From contig ADNK01002363.1 of NCBI GenBank assembly GCA_000320545.1, forward strand, positions 91,145 to 155,144: 64,000 bases of DNA, read 5' to 3'. The notes beneath the pieces were generated by a model, which saw only the letters and a program-made list of their open reading frames with translations, had not been told where the DNA came from and searched no databases. The position numbers and the translations under genes are program-made. The stretch is from Bigelowiella natans CCMP2755. Lineage: Eukaryota > Protista > Cercozoa. This document shows, one piece after another, positions 12,696 through 25,864 of the stretch (position 1 is the stretch's first letter; every line of letters starts with the position of its first letter).

Positions 12696-14823
12696 ATGGG
12701 CTCTATCTTCTCGGAGTCTCTTCGAGACAGGCTTTAAACTCCAGCATATTTCAATTTTTGGACAAAGTCTCGGAAGGATCTCTGAGGAATCTCCTGGCCT
12801 CTCCAGCCTGGTAATAAATCGGTTTTGGAACCAACGTCTTTGGGCACTGAAACGACTCACATCCCAAATCTAGGAAACCCCCTACCACAAAACGGTGAAA
12901 AAGACGAAAAATAAGGTTTGAAATCATGTGCAATGGGGAAGATGCAAATGAGTGACATAGTACATAATGAACACGACACACACCCTGCTGTTTCTGCAGA
13001 TGGATCGGCTGCAAAATGAGATCAAAAAGGTTGTTTTCCGCCACTGCAACGCGCGTCCTCATCGCCTTGAAGAGGAGCGTATCAAGTTCCTGGTGAGTAC
13101 ATTCCAAGTGTGTAAAGGTATTTAACTGAGCACCTTGATTTTGATGCAGGCAAATTTTATGTCTCGATGGACTGGTGGTCGGGACTCCATGAAGTATCCT
13201 CAATTCATCTCGGCCATCCGCTCCCTAAATGTTGTTGTGAACGCCAAGGAAGCAGAAGAGATGTTCAATTCCATTGACAAGAACGGAAATGGAAATCTCT
13301 CAATCGAGGAGTTTGCTGCAAAGGTGGTTCAATCACCTTGCAAGGAAAGCTGGTCACTAATTAATATATTGTTGTCGTCTATATAATAATCAGTGTCTTG
13401 GAGGACTGAGCTTATCCGAGGATCCTGAGAGTCGCTACATTCAACGTGCTCCACCTGTCCGTCAAAGCCGTCCTGCTCCGATTAAGCCTCAGCGAGCACC
13501 GAACAATGTTCTTCCGGTTTGAACAATACGATTGCATGGCAGCATCTTTGCAAAACTAGGCTCTAGCTAACTCATGGTTCTCATTTGTCAGACCACAGGG
13601 CCGGCAATCAATAAGGTCGACATGAAGAAAGTCAACGAGACCAAAAATGCCCTTATTCTTCCCACCGAAGATAAAGTTGATATCTCAAGTATGCTCGTGG
13701 ATTCCATGAGGAAAACTATTATAGCTCGTGGAGGCTGCGACTCAATCGCCGCTGTTGGCCGTCTATTTCGTATTATGGACGACGACCGTAACCGAAGGCT
13801 TGATATTGACGAAATCCAAACCGGTTTGTAAGCTAAATACTTATATACGTATATCACGTGATCTATAGAAGATTTTGCTTTGATGCATTTCAAGAAATTA
13901 CATCTTGCATATGCCTACGATACAAACTATCCTTTCGCGATCGAACAATTCAGGTCTGGCTGATTACGGACTAAGAATTTCAAAGGGTGACATCGTCCTT
14001 CTGATTGATGCAATCAACGAAAGTCCAGGAAAAGGTCATTCACGATATGATGTCTCGAATTACAGAGTATGTAGTCATGTATTTTAACCCGCGGTTGTAA
14101 ATTGACGTTGATGTTGCGATTTCACCAATAAATACAGGTTATGTAAGGTATGATGAATTACTTTACGCTCTTCGGGGCGAATTGAATGAGAGGAGGAAGG
14201 CCATGGTTCTCAAAGCATACGCAGTGTTCGACAAAACAGGGGACGGCATCGTGGACTTCAATGACATTAAAAAAGCATACGATCCCTCATTTCATCCAGA
14301 CGTAAAGAGTGGAAAGAAGTCGCCGGAGCAGGCACTGACAACGTGGTTAGCAATTTTTGAGGGTTCTGTCAAGGACGGAAAGGTACAGCATTAGAAAATA
14401 ATGTAACAAGGACATTATATTCCATGCTCTGACAATAAAATTCCTTTTTCGCATTGCATCGAAGGTTACGAAAGAAGAATTTCTCCACTACTACTCGAAC
14501 ATCAGCGCATCTATTGACAACGACGACTACTTCGAGCTGATGATCCGCAACTCATGGTAATTTGTACTACCCGAAAATGTGTGTGTATTGGTCTTCACTA
14601 CTTGCTTTTCGTCTTATCTTAACACAGGCACATCAGTGGCGGAAGCGGTCAGAGTGCTAACACCTCGAACCTAAGGGTGCTAGTTATATTCAGGGACGGC
14701 ACACAAGATGTCGTAGAGCTTGAAAATGATATCGGAGTGGACCCCCATGACTATAGGACCGTCGTTGGCATGCTTAGAAAGCAAGGATATAGCAATATTG
14801 CGAAGGTCCGCACAATGCACTAG
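12696..14823 (+). CDS. Calcyphosin-like multi-EF-hand calcium-binding protein
   Basis: EF-hands [24 protein letters not shown] and [12 protein letters not shown], plus the calcyphosin-family motifs [47 protein letters not shown] and [13 protein letters not shown] at 14821-14823. Exons upstream of 13000 are a manual model. Confidence 0.88.
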
Positions 14824-15034
14824 AATTACTATCTTTCTCGGTTATGCTAAATTAGCATTTAAAACTGTCTGATCCCGTATTCCATCATTATGGCACTTTG
14901 CTGAATGAGATCTACGTGTTTCAATTCACATGGTAGTACAACCAGACAGAGGTTACATGATGTTGTTCACTGTCACAAGGAGAAAAAAACCATGTCATCA
15001 TCATATTCACAAGATTGTCCCCAACTAATTTGAC

Positions 15035-15985
15035 GATCCGCTAGCTTGTGCATCGATGTCCATCTAAACATGCATTCATGTGGCTGTACGCAGCAGCTTA
15101 CTTGGCAGGATTGTCACACTAGTTCAGCACATGCGCAGGAACAATTCCGATCCACACGCGCACTTCCAGACTACTAAATGACTCATTGAAACAATAACGC
15201 ACGTGTAGCTGAAGCTGCAAGCTAGATGCTATGCTAGCTAGCATGCATCATCACCGCACGTAACACATGCACATCATATATAGCAGACATGTGGCCGATC
15301 GATACGTACGTCCGCGCATGCTGCATGTAGGACGAGCAAAAAACAATGCAATAATTGCCGAGCATGTACGTATATGCGCGTGGCAAACAAGAGCGTAGCT
15401 AGCTTAGCTAGCTAGGCTATATAGACATCTAGATATATCTAGATATGCGACGAGTTACGCCCGTACCTAGCAAGCGCACGCTATATGGCAAACCACGCTA
15501 GCACGTACTAGATCTAGACCATCGCTTGCATCGCAACAAACACGCGTATCTCTGCTGCAATTTTTGTCGCATCAGTGCTTGCGTTCCGATCCGCCAGCAT
15601 GCACAAGCACACGTACATGCATGCAACAGCACTTCATGCGAGCGCATCGGCATAATAATCATATGGCCATGAGAGATAACGCATCGTATCGTACGACCAT
15701 GCAATCGCAAATTGAGACAACAAATGGATCGATCGACGATGCGAGCACATCCTATCTATAGCTATGTCCGATCACAAACGCATACACACGCTCCATGGTA
15801 GCATGTATAATGGCCGGCTTTATTTGTTGTGCTCATTGTTGCGTGCATGTTAGTTATTGCACTGGGCGTACGCACAATCATGTGCAACCACAGACATATT
15901 GTATGATGTACCGTCTAGCGATGTCTGGTATGACACATATTACAGCACAAGCACATGTGCATCTTGACATTGCTTATTCATAATT
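15035..15985. other. Palindromic-tetramer-rich intergenic island retaining many TA
   Basis: For example gctagcttagctagctaggctatatagacatctagatatatctagatatgcg; lies between convergent genes. Confidence 0.7.
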
Positions 15986-16499
15986 AACAAGTCATTTTAC
16001 ACCTTCTTGTGCTAGATACACCATTCTATTCTTCATTTATATATATATTTTGCAATTTTGAAGCCAATCGTGTAATGCTTGTAGCTGCCCACACGTACCA
16101 TGATGACAATTCTATTTCTGCCTGGTTGATGCAATAATACTAATCATTGCGTGCTACACATTGAATAGCCTCATTGATGGAACTGCTTCGATGAGCCGAT
16201 AAGCTTAGACCTTTGAAAATATTATTCGAATTTAGGAATATCAGATTGTGTCTTCCAATTGTTTCTCAATGCATAGAAGTAACACTGAGCAGAGGTCTTA
16301 AACGAGTTCGACTACATAAGTAGTAGGCTTATCTCCGATTTACTGTGATAATAATAAACTCAGATTTCCTCTCTCGATTTAAGACAAGACTTTACTCATA
16401 ACGATAGATTTGTCGTATTTAATTTAAACGATTTTTAAAATTTAGAAATAGGAAATACTCATATGCATTATTTTAAAAACTCAATGGTTCAGAAAAAAC

Positions 16500-16604
16500 A
16501 GCATTCACAAAAGATTAATTTTGGGTTTCTCTAGAAAATGGGCATGATAGTATTGCTTGAGAAGTATTACATCTCATATGTTCCCCCCTCCTTTTTCCTC
16601 TCTC

Positions 16605-16653
<49 letters not shown>

Positions 16654-16836
16654 GTTTTGTTTCTCTGCTTTCCATGACCATAAGCCGGAGACACCACCAT
16701 AACTGGCCTTCTTCGTATGTGAACCATCTTTGCTGTCGTCGCCCACCGATCTTTCAACAGTGTTTGCTTTCCGACCCTAATTGATTAGATTGCATCATCA
16801 CTATATGCATTATCAGGTTATGGTAGTTGAATACAT

Positions 16837-16874
<38 letters not shown>

Positions 16875-17143
16875 ACTAAATTTCCTTATCAAATAGGTAA
16901 TGTAAAGCGATCATGTTCATCATGAGCACACACTTGATGAAGATTCTTGATTTCCTCCTTGTCCTTTGCTGCAAGTTGCTCTTGTTGGCGCTTTGTAATC
17001 GCCCGAACAAACCGTAGACAAAGGCGAGATTTCTTAAACCTATAAATTGATAATGACCTTTTTCAGCAGGTTGCATTTTATGAGACGGCTGCATTATCAA
17101 TATTTGTTTCTTCTCTCTTCAATATTCACAATGCTCTTTCGCA

Positions 17144-17184
<41 letters not shown>

Positions 17185-19011
17185 GCACGCGAATACAAGC
17201 ACAATCACTATACCTTTTAAACGAGTCATTCTTCATAAGGTCATAAATCTCTTTCTGCGCGACGTCAAAGACGTTCTCCGTGACCTTTTGTTACGAAATA
17301 GAAAAAAGGAGTTGTTGTTGCATCAGGAGGAATTTCCTCTATTGTAATCACAACAATAACTCTTTCAACGATTCTGCAACTTGTTGGAAATCAAAGAATG
17401 CGTGGTCTCTAGGAATGAAAACGCTTGTTGTACTTCCATAATATTATGCCCCGAAATATGCATAATCGTTTGTACTTGCAACTTGAATATGTTAATATGA
17501 AATAACCTCCTTCTTTTCAAATTTCTTTCTAATTTTTGATCTCGTACGAGCATCAATGTTAAGCTCCATCAGACAGCTTCCTAAGAACAATGAGAAGAAC
17601 AAGAAGAACAAGACACGTAGAACACGATGATCGATCGTACGGACAACAGAAAGCAAACAAAACGATGGGAAGACAATACCAAAAAGAAGTAAGTAATACG
17701 ATATGATGGAATAGAGAATAAGATGGAGGAGAATGAAGAAGAAGAAGAAGAAGATATATTTCCCTGTGTAGTGTGTACGTCTGTTTTGTATAGTAGTAGT
17801 GAGCAGCACCTGTGAAGAATTGTGAATATAATATCCTAGCAGTAGATATTAACTGCTCCTTGGTGTAGTCCTTGTCCTTCCATTTCGTTCGAAAGTTCTC
17901 AACCTAATTATCATCATTAATGTGCATTAGTCAGTACACGTAGTAGTAGCAGTGGTGGTGGTGGTGGTGGTGCCAAGACAGCAGCACGTACAACCTGACG
18001 CCAGAAGACGATGTTCTCATGAGAGCACTCCTGTCGGAGATGCGACGAAAAGTACTTTATTCCGACCTAGTATGGTGAAGGTGGTGGTGGTTTACGTGGT
18101 GGGCCAACTTCATAATATGCTCTTCTTCCTCTCATATATCTTCTCTCTCCTCCCTCACACCCCCCCCTTTCCCGTGTGCGTGTGTTTGTGTGTGTTCCAC
18201 TCACATTTTAAGCAGCAGTGTCTTAATAAAAACGAGTGATGACAACAAAGATAATCGTAATTTTCACAAGCAGTACCATTATTATATTAAACTCATCATC
18301 CTTAACAATAGTACTACCGGATCTGTGATCACATCCATTAGCTTGAGACTTTTCAGGATATTAGTCGGGCTCCTAACAAGAATGAAGAGATGATTATAAC
18401 CATCACGACCGCCAGCACTACCATCATCATCATCATCATCATCATCATCATTACTAAGAGTAATATATAGGGATAACAATACATTATTTGAGTTTCTTCT
18501 TCTTCTTCGTATGCTTCTTCGAAATCATTGAATGGCTTTATCGCAATATTCCTTAAACTTAGGCTGCCTGGTAAAGTGTGATGACGTCATGATGATTATG
18601 ATGAAGATGACATTGACCGCTGTTTTCTAGAGCTATTGCTGTATTAAAATACAGCATTTTACAAAACAATCCTGTACCACAACTTCTCCTCTATGCTTAT
18701 TATGCGACGACTCACAGTGGTTAGGAGCATAATAGAGCAGCATTCAAAAACAAGGAGCTTGAGTACTACTGCCAACTACCTCTTTTCATACTATTCTTCT
18801 GGATCTGGATGATTTCGGGATTGCTGACGCTGTTTTTCACTTCGTCTCCCCTTTTTTCAGTGCTGCTCTTCACCGTTTTTAAGGTACCCTGTCATCATTT
18901 ATTATATGAAATGCTGTAAAAACGACGTAAAAAAAAATATACAAGGTGGGTACTTTCCAAAAAAAAACGATAGTATCAGCCACCGTTGTCCCTTCAACAG
19001 CACACAAGAAG

Positions 19012-19061
<50 letters not shown>

Positions 19062-19092
19062 AACTATAAAGTTATATGTGAATGTATCACTT

Positions 19093-19142
<50 letters not shown>

Positions 19143-21248
19143 GTATATATTGAATAAACTTAAAGCAGTAGCCCTCCTCCTCCTCCTCCTCCTACTACTA
19201 TTACTAAGTACCGGCCTAGAGAGGATCTGCGATTGCCTAAAAGGTGCTGAGAGCCGTCGAGAGGTGTACGCCTGAACGCTATTGGTTGATGTCTTTTCTG
19301 AAGATGTTGTTGTCATTACTATCTCGGATGATGATATGTCTGAATTACTCCCTCCATCAGTTCCAACATTTCGCACTAGTAGATTAAGTGAGGTATGAGC
19401 GGAAGCATCGTTGTCATCGTCGTTTTGAGTAGGGGCTGCTGCTAAAATGCCTTCTCCCCCTCCTCCTTCTCCTTCGCCAGCCAGCATCTTGCTATTTTCC
19501 GGCGAGGGAGTGAGCCTGTTGAAGTTAGTATGTTCATGTCATTTATTCCATTCTTATTCTTTGTCTCAGTAGCAGCAGCGAAATGAGTAGACTACATACC
19601 TTCTCAGCAGTTCTTCGGGTTCTTCCGGAATACTTTTCCTCCCACTGCCTCTATTATAGTAGGAAACAACAGTATCATCATCATCTACAATAACAACCAA
19701 AACCACAAAAAGTGTTGTTGCAGCATTAGTTGTGTTAGTGGACATACACACAGCAGCAAGCAGCAAATATTAAGATAGTAGTGTGATAGCACCTTTCTCC
19801 AAGAAGTTCTGAGAAGGAAACAAGATCTTTCTCCAACAGCGCATTAAATTGAGAGTTAAGAAGCTTTTGCATCGGTATTCGCACTGGAAAGGTGAAATCC
19901 AAATTAAACAGATTTATAAGGAAAGTAAGAGCATAAATACTAATCATAGCACCAGAAATACAACTAACAATATATAAAATTATGAAGACAGAAAATAATT
20001 AGTCTCTCTCTTCCCTCTCCCCCATTATTTGAATCACATAAATGATTTAGACTCTGTAACATGGCTCAAAGCTCTATCTAATGTTGAGAATCGCCGGTAG
20101 TTTATTCTTTCAAAAGCACTTTATGTTTAGAACTTTGGCTTCTTTTAGTTCCGAATTTTGGGTACATCATAATCGCAGGATTAGTACTCCCTGTCCTCCT
20201 GTATCTTCGTTTTCTTCTTCTTCTCGTCATTGTCATCATCATTGCCACCCCTCACTCTTCGTTACACCATTAAAATGCTAGAAACATATGTGGTGTGCGC
20301 AGGAAATGTGGTTTTAATAAAGACCTGCAATAGCTTGCGTTGACTCTAATGAAGATAATCAATTCCATCGTAACATTAACAACAAACATATTATCAGTGC
20401 GAGGATGGAGTGAGTGGATGAAAACACATAGGTAGTAACAATAATAATAGGTAGTGGTAGTTCATATTCGAATCTGGGGCTTTTTCTTAGCCCACCTCAG
20501 GCATACATAACATAAAGATTTGGATCTTCTTAGCTCCCCTCAGGCAGCAAATACATAATATAGCACCACAAAGTAAAATCAAGATATGATCATTTCCCAA
20601 CATACATACATGCATACATACTACTAGTAGTAAAAGCGAAAAGGAACAGAATGCTGTTTGTTCTACGTTTTCTTTTTCGCCAATCAGCCATCAATGGCAC
20701 CCACCTGCAACGTGCATTTCGACTTTGGCGCAGTCTTTCATGTTTGATGTGAGAAGCTTCATTCTCTGCAACTCCTGATCTTCTACGCTCCGGATCCACT
20801 CCCGTACCTACCACAACCCATGTTTGATCAAAATACTATCGAGGAGGAGGACGAGGAGGATCGATGCAGGTGGTGGTGATGGTGGAAAAAAGGAGGCCTT
20901 TCAGCCAGGAAGACGAACACTCAGCATCAGGAAACAAGTGCAAATATTTTTTATGTAATATACTCTCTCCCTTTCTCTCTCTCACGTAGTATTCCTCATC
21001 ATCGACAAGACGTCCCTACTCACATGCTCACCAGTCAGTCACCTTTTTGTCGTATCCACGAGCAAATTCATTGTATTGCAATCTCGCCTCCATATATCTA
21101 AAATAACGTGATAAGATATGTTCTTAATTCTGCTGCTACTAACTTAAACTACTACATGACGAGAACTTAGTTCATCATCATCACTATGGCTATACTATCT
21201 ACCAGTAGTACCTTTTCCTTGCTGTCGGTCCTCCTTCACTTGTTGCCT

Positions 21249-21283
<35 letters not shown>

Positions 21284-21514
21284 ATGATGATACCCAATCA
21301 TGATATACCTTCTAGTTGTGACTACTGACACACTCAAACACATGCAAACACATACACTCAAACACACACACACACACACACACACATCATTCTAATACAT
21401 GCTGAGCACACGCCCGGGCGTCTCTGTGCATCCTTGAAATCTTGCCTGTGTATTATTCACATTAAATAGCAGGGAGTGGTGGTCCATTATAGTAACATAC
21501 GTAGTAAACCCACG

Positions 21515-21545
<31 letters not shown>

Positions 21546-21940
21546 GTAGCAGTGTGATATTTGTAATAATATTTTCGTGTTATTTTCATTGATAGGAATA
21601 ATATAATCATCCAGTATGTTGGTGGGGAACACTTACGATCCGAACGTTGATATTCGTTAACAACAGCTCCAAGGTGGGCGACGAACTCTTCTCTCTGCTC
21701 TTGCAGCTTGGGAATCTAATATAAAATTTGAATTAAATGAGAGGTAGCTGGTGGCAATCCTTGTACTCAGAATGACAAAAAAAATACAAGTAGGAATTAC
21801 GAGTGTATCGTGTCAATAAAAGTGTAAGAGGAGAAGGAGACCACCATTTTTTCCAGTCTCTCCGCAGCCTCAGCATGGGCGTTACGCATGCTTTTCAATA
21901 GTCCTGGTGTGTAGCATAGCACAAAAACACAAAAAACACA

Positions 21941-21975
<35 letters not shown>

Positions 21976-22008
21976 GTATATGTACAATATATAAGTAATT
22001 TACATATG

Positions 22009-22043
<35 letters not shown>

Positions 22044-22065
22044 GTGTGTTTGTGTTTTTGTGTGT

Positions 22066-22106
<41 letters not shown>

Positions 22107-22200
22107 GTAGAAACTAATCTTTGTCGATAAAATACGTTGAATTTCTTGCCAGAATATCCGGATTGTCGGCATGCAATCAGAGCCTGATAAGTGGAACGAC

Positions 22201-22234
<34 letters not shown>

Positions 22235-22338
22235 ACGACATACGTCGTGCACAGATATACCATCAGCGATTAGATTTTACGAGGACGGCGACACTTCACA
22301 AATTAGCCTCCGTTTCTAAGAACAGAAAGATGAAATAG

Positions 22339-22377
<39 letters not shown>

Positions 22378-23210
22378 TGCAACAACAAACGAATAGGAGC
22401 TACTTGAAATTGTGTCCTGATCTGGCGTCTCCATAAGCCATTGAAGCTCATCGGAGAACAAAGTGTGCAGATTGCCTAGTGGCAGAAGATATCATCTTTC
22501 CCAAAGAGAGCCAAGAGAGGCGGAACGGAACGAACAAAGGATAAATTGCATGTACTACATAGCTTTCTTCTACAGAAAAGGGCTACTCAGTCTCTATGCT
22601 ATATCCACCATTGTTGCAAAGATTCTTCTTCTTCTTCTTCTTCTTTCATGTTTGATAGTCAGCTACTACTTAGATATGCGATCATCTCGCCCATTCTTCC
22701 CAAAGACGATGCGCCGTATCCTCCCTGGAAGACACAATCATATTTCACCGCCAGTGGTATCAACATCATGATCATCTCTTGAACAACAACAACACAAATA
22801 ATCGAGCAATGGCAACACATGTCAAACGTACCTGTCTGAGGAGCATGGGCAAGTATTGGAGATCGTCTGAATTCACCCTCTCTGCTCGTGTTGACGACGA
22901 CATGAGAGCACCACCCTAGTTATCATGAAAAACCAGAATTAGTGCTTATGGTACTAGGTGGTCTCAAAGAGGATGATGATGATGACATGAGAGAGAGAGA
23001 GAGAGATACGATAAAAGATAATCATAATAATGAGACAATGCTCTTCATTCATTTGTGCACAAGCATATGTTGCATGAATGAATTAACAACTCTTCTGATT
23101 TATTTCACAACAGTAATCCGACGTCATCACTGTTATTACTCACAAGCCACGCAATTTATATAAATTCACAAGATCGTCAATGATAAAATTCTACAGACTC
23201 GCAAGATGGC

Positions 23211-23250
<40 letters not shown>

Positions 23251-25118
23251 TACATGGATGGATACGTAAAGATACTAAGCGAAGACATAAAAGAGGGATG
23301 GATGGAGAGAGGGGAGAGTGGAGGAACGTTGAATCTTAGATGCAATTTATTTTGACAAGTTGCATACCTCATCAAACGTCGTAGTTTCGGCTGCTTTGTC
23401 ATCCGTTGCTACAGCTGCTTTACGTGATTCCGAGGAAGGGCTATGGCTTCTCGAGCGACTACCAAATATTTTTCCATTCTTCGCTTTCTTCTCCTCACCA
23501 GTCATTCTGTTTGCAGGCTGCTCTCCTCCCCTAGGAGGTACTATTGGATCAGGATCTATGTCGAGCTTCAACTTGCTTCTACGCTTCTTCATTACCTCTT
23601 CCTGAGAGAAGAGTAGTCCTCTTAACATACTATCATTTCCGTGTTTTTCACACATCCCTCCCTCACCTAAGCTGCTACCACCAAGTTTTCTTATTCTTCT
23701 TACTTGATCTTGCGCCTTGATGAGCTGATCTCTAATATCTCGAAGCTGATAATCCAGGAAGTTTGCATGCTCTACGTAAAGAATCACATCCAAACAAAAA
23801 TTTGACTACAACGGCATGGTACCATACCGGCTAGAGTAGTAGCTGCAGTATATATCTATCTACCTACCTATCAATCTAATGCAGGAAGCAAATGATAGTT
23901 GTAAAATCCGTATTATTTCTAGATCATATCCAATACCGTTTCGAGTTCCAAATGAGTGTGCTTGTTTTAACTGCTTCGCAATCTGGGAGAGACGTAACGA
24001 CGGGGCGGCGAAGAGAGCAACGTATAATCATAAAGAAGAATGTGTGGACAACGAACGACGAAGATTTTAAGCGTGCTTACCTTTTCTGAGCAGCCCAACT
24101 ATATTTCTTGCTCTCTCTCTCTCTCTCCCTCTCTCGTATACCGACACTTTGCTTGCGGTCATCTAGTCCCAAAAAGCTCAGCCCCTCCCTCTTCCCTGTA
24201 CAAATTTGTAATGAACCACTACCTGACGAAACTGCCTCTTGAGCAACTCTATCCTTTTACCATGTTCCTAAGATTAGATTTTGGCCATCATTCAAATGGC
24301 CGCCACCCCAATGCAATGCAACGACAGAGGGGTTTTAATAACTTAATAGCACTCTTTAATACCTCAGCTGGCGCGCGTTTCGTCCTTCTACTAGAAGGCG
24401 AAGAATCTCCAGACCGCCCAGAACCTATGTCCGTAGCCAGCAATAAATGTTACGAATTCAAACGATTTGTCGAGAGTAGCGGTAAGACGCTACACAACGT
24501 GACAAAAATGAAACAAAGCAAGTACCAGCAATGTCAGATAGCTGGTCTAAAGATAGGGCTCCACTATCCATCAAGTCTTCAAGATCGCTCTGTTAGATGA
24601 AGTATGTATTACTGCGAAGCTTCACTTTCCTCCTCATGATGATGTGTTTTTTAGAAATAATGACCGCGTTCACTCTGTGTATGACACGAGGTTGCGCCCG
24701 ATTCGAACGTTTGTTTTCTTGGTACGCCTCAATTCTAGCCTCCCAGTCCTCTTCGGATGGGCGCTTGCCAAAGTCGCCATCGTTGCGAATGTTTCTAATG
24801 AACTGATAAGCGATGTGAGTGAGATGTGGGTATCCAGTAGCAGCAAGTATGTGCGTGTTTAGTAATTGAACGTTGCCTTTTTCTCTGCATGTTTCTTGAA
24901 CTGATCAACCTATGAAAGATAAATAAAAGATTGTGAAAGTTTTATATCAATTGGAGAATGTATGAGATTGGTACAAAAAATATTGACAGAAGATTTAAAA
25001 GAAATTGATCACCAAATTTAAAACCAATGGTCTCTTTCTTAACAGGTGAGAGGTTAACCTTGACGGGCGAAAGGGGATTGTGAGGAAGGCGATTTTGTTT
25101 CGTAGGTTCTTCCGCCAT
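16500..25118 (-). CDS. Large uncharacterised multi-exon protein (charged, coiled-coil-like and low-complexity segments)
   Basis: A series of minus-strand AG/GT-flanked open segments between microsatellite introns (MAEEPTKQNRLPHNPLSPVK; FIRNIRNDGDFGKRPSEEDWEAR; LDYQLRDIRDQLIKAQDQVRRIRK; IPKLQEQREEFVAHL). No family recognised; the 3' boundary is approximate. Confidence 0.55.
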
Positions 25119-25559
25119 CGATGGCCCGCTTCTTCACTCTTTACATACGGGTGCGCACAAATACACGAAGAGAGAGAGGGGAGGGGGGGGGCGAAAGAGA
25201 GACAGAGAGAGAAGAGAGAGACGTTTATGTGTTCGTGACGCTGATTTGAGATATGATCTATTTTGGAGCACAATTGATTTGTAACATATGTGTTTCCTTT
25301 CTATGACCACAGAATAGTCCAATTGAGAACAGAATACGAGATCCCTTCTATTATTTAGAGCTTCCCCTCTAGAGAAAGTGACTTTCTTCCACTGTCTGTG
25401 GCACGGGAGTTACTCACACCTTCTTTGTTTACTGCTGCTTCCTTCCTCCAATTTGTGTATATTGTTCAGCCTGGACGGTCGGAGCTGCTGCTGACACAAC
25501 AGATGTTTGTTGCAGAGGGGTGAGTGTTGATTGGATTGAGTAGGTTGTTTTTGATTTCT

Positions 25560-25711
25560 TGTTCCTCTTCTTCTTGTTGTTGTTGCTGTTTTTGTTTCTC
25601 CTTCTCCTCCTCCTCCTCTTCGTCGTACGAGTAGTGTAGAAGATGATCTCGTAGTTACTGTTCCTACCAGTGCTACTTGTGTTACTACTTGTGTTACTAC
25701 TACTACTTGTA

Positions 25712-25750
<39 letters not shown>

Positions 25751-25800
25751 GTACCACTTACTAGTATAGCCGTTTGCACTACTACTACGATCGTACAAGC
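25560..25800. repeat. Compound microsatellite (CTT/GTT/CCT/TAC)n
   Basis: Long (TAC)n arrays with variants upstream of the large minus-strand gene. Confidence 0.8.
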
Positions 25801-25864
25801 TGTAGGAACGACGACCTGCTGCTGCAATCAGCAAGATAGGTTACTAGGGAGTTTTACCCAAGAA

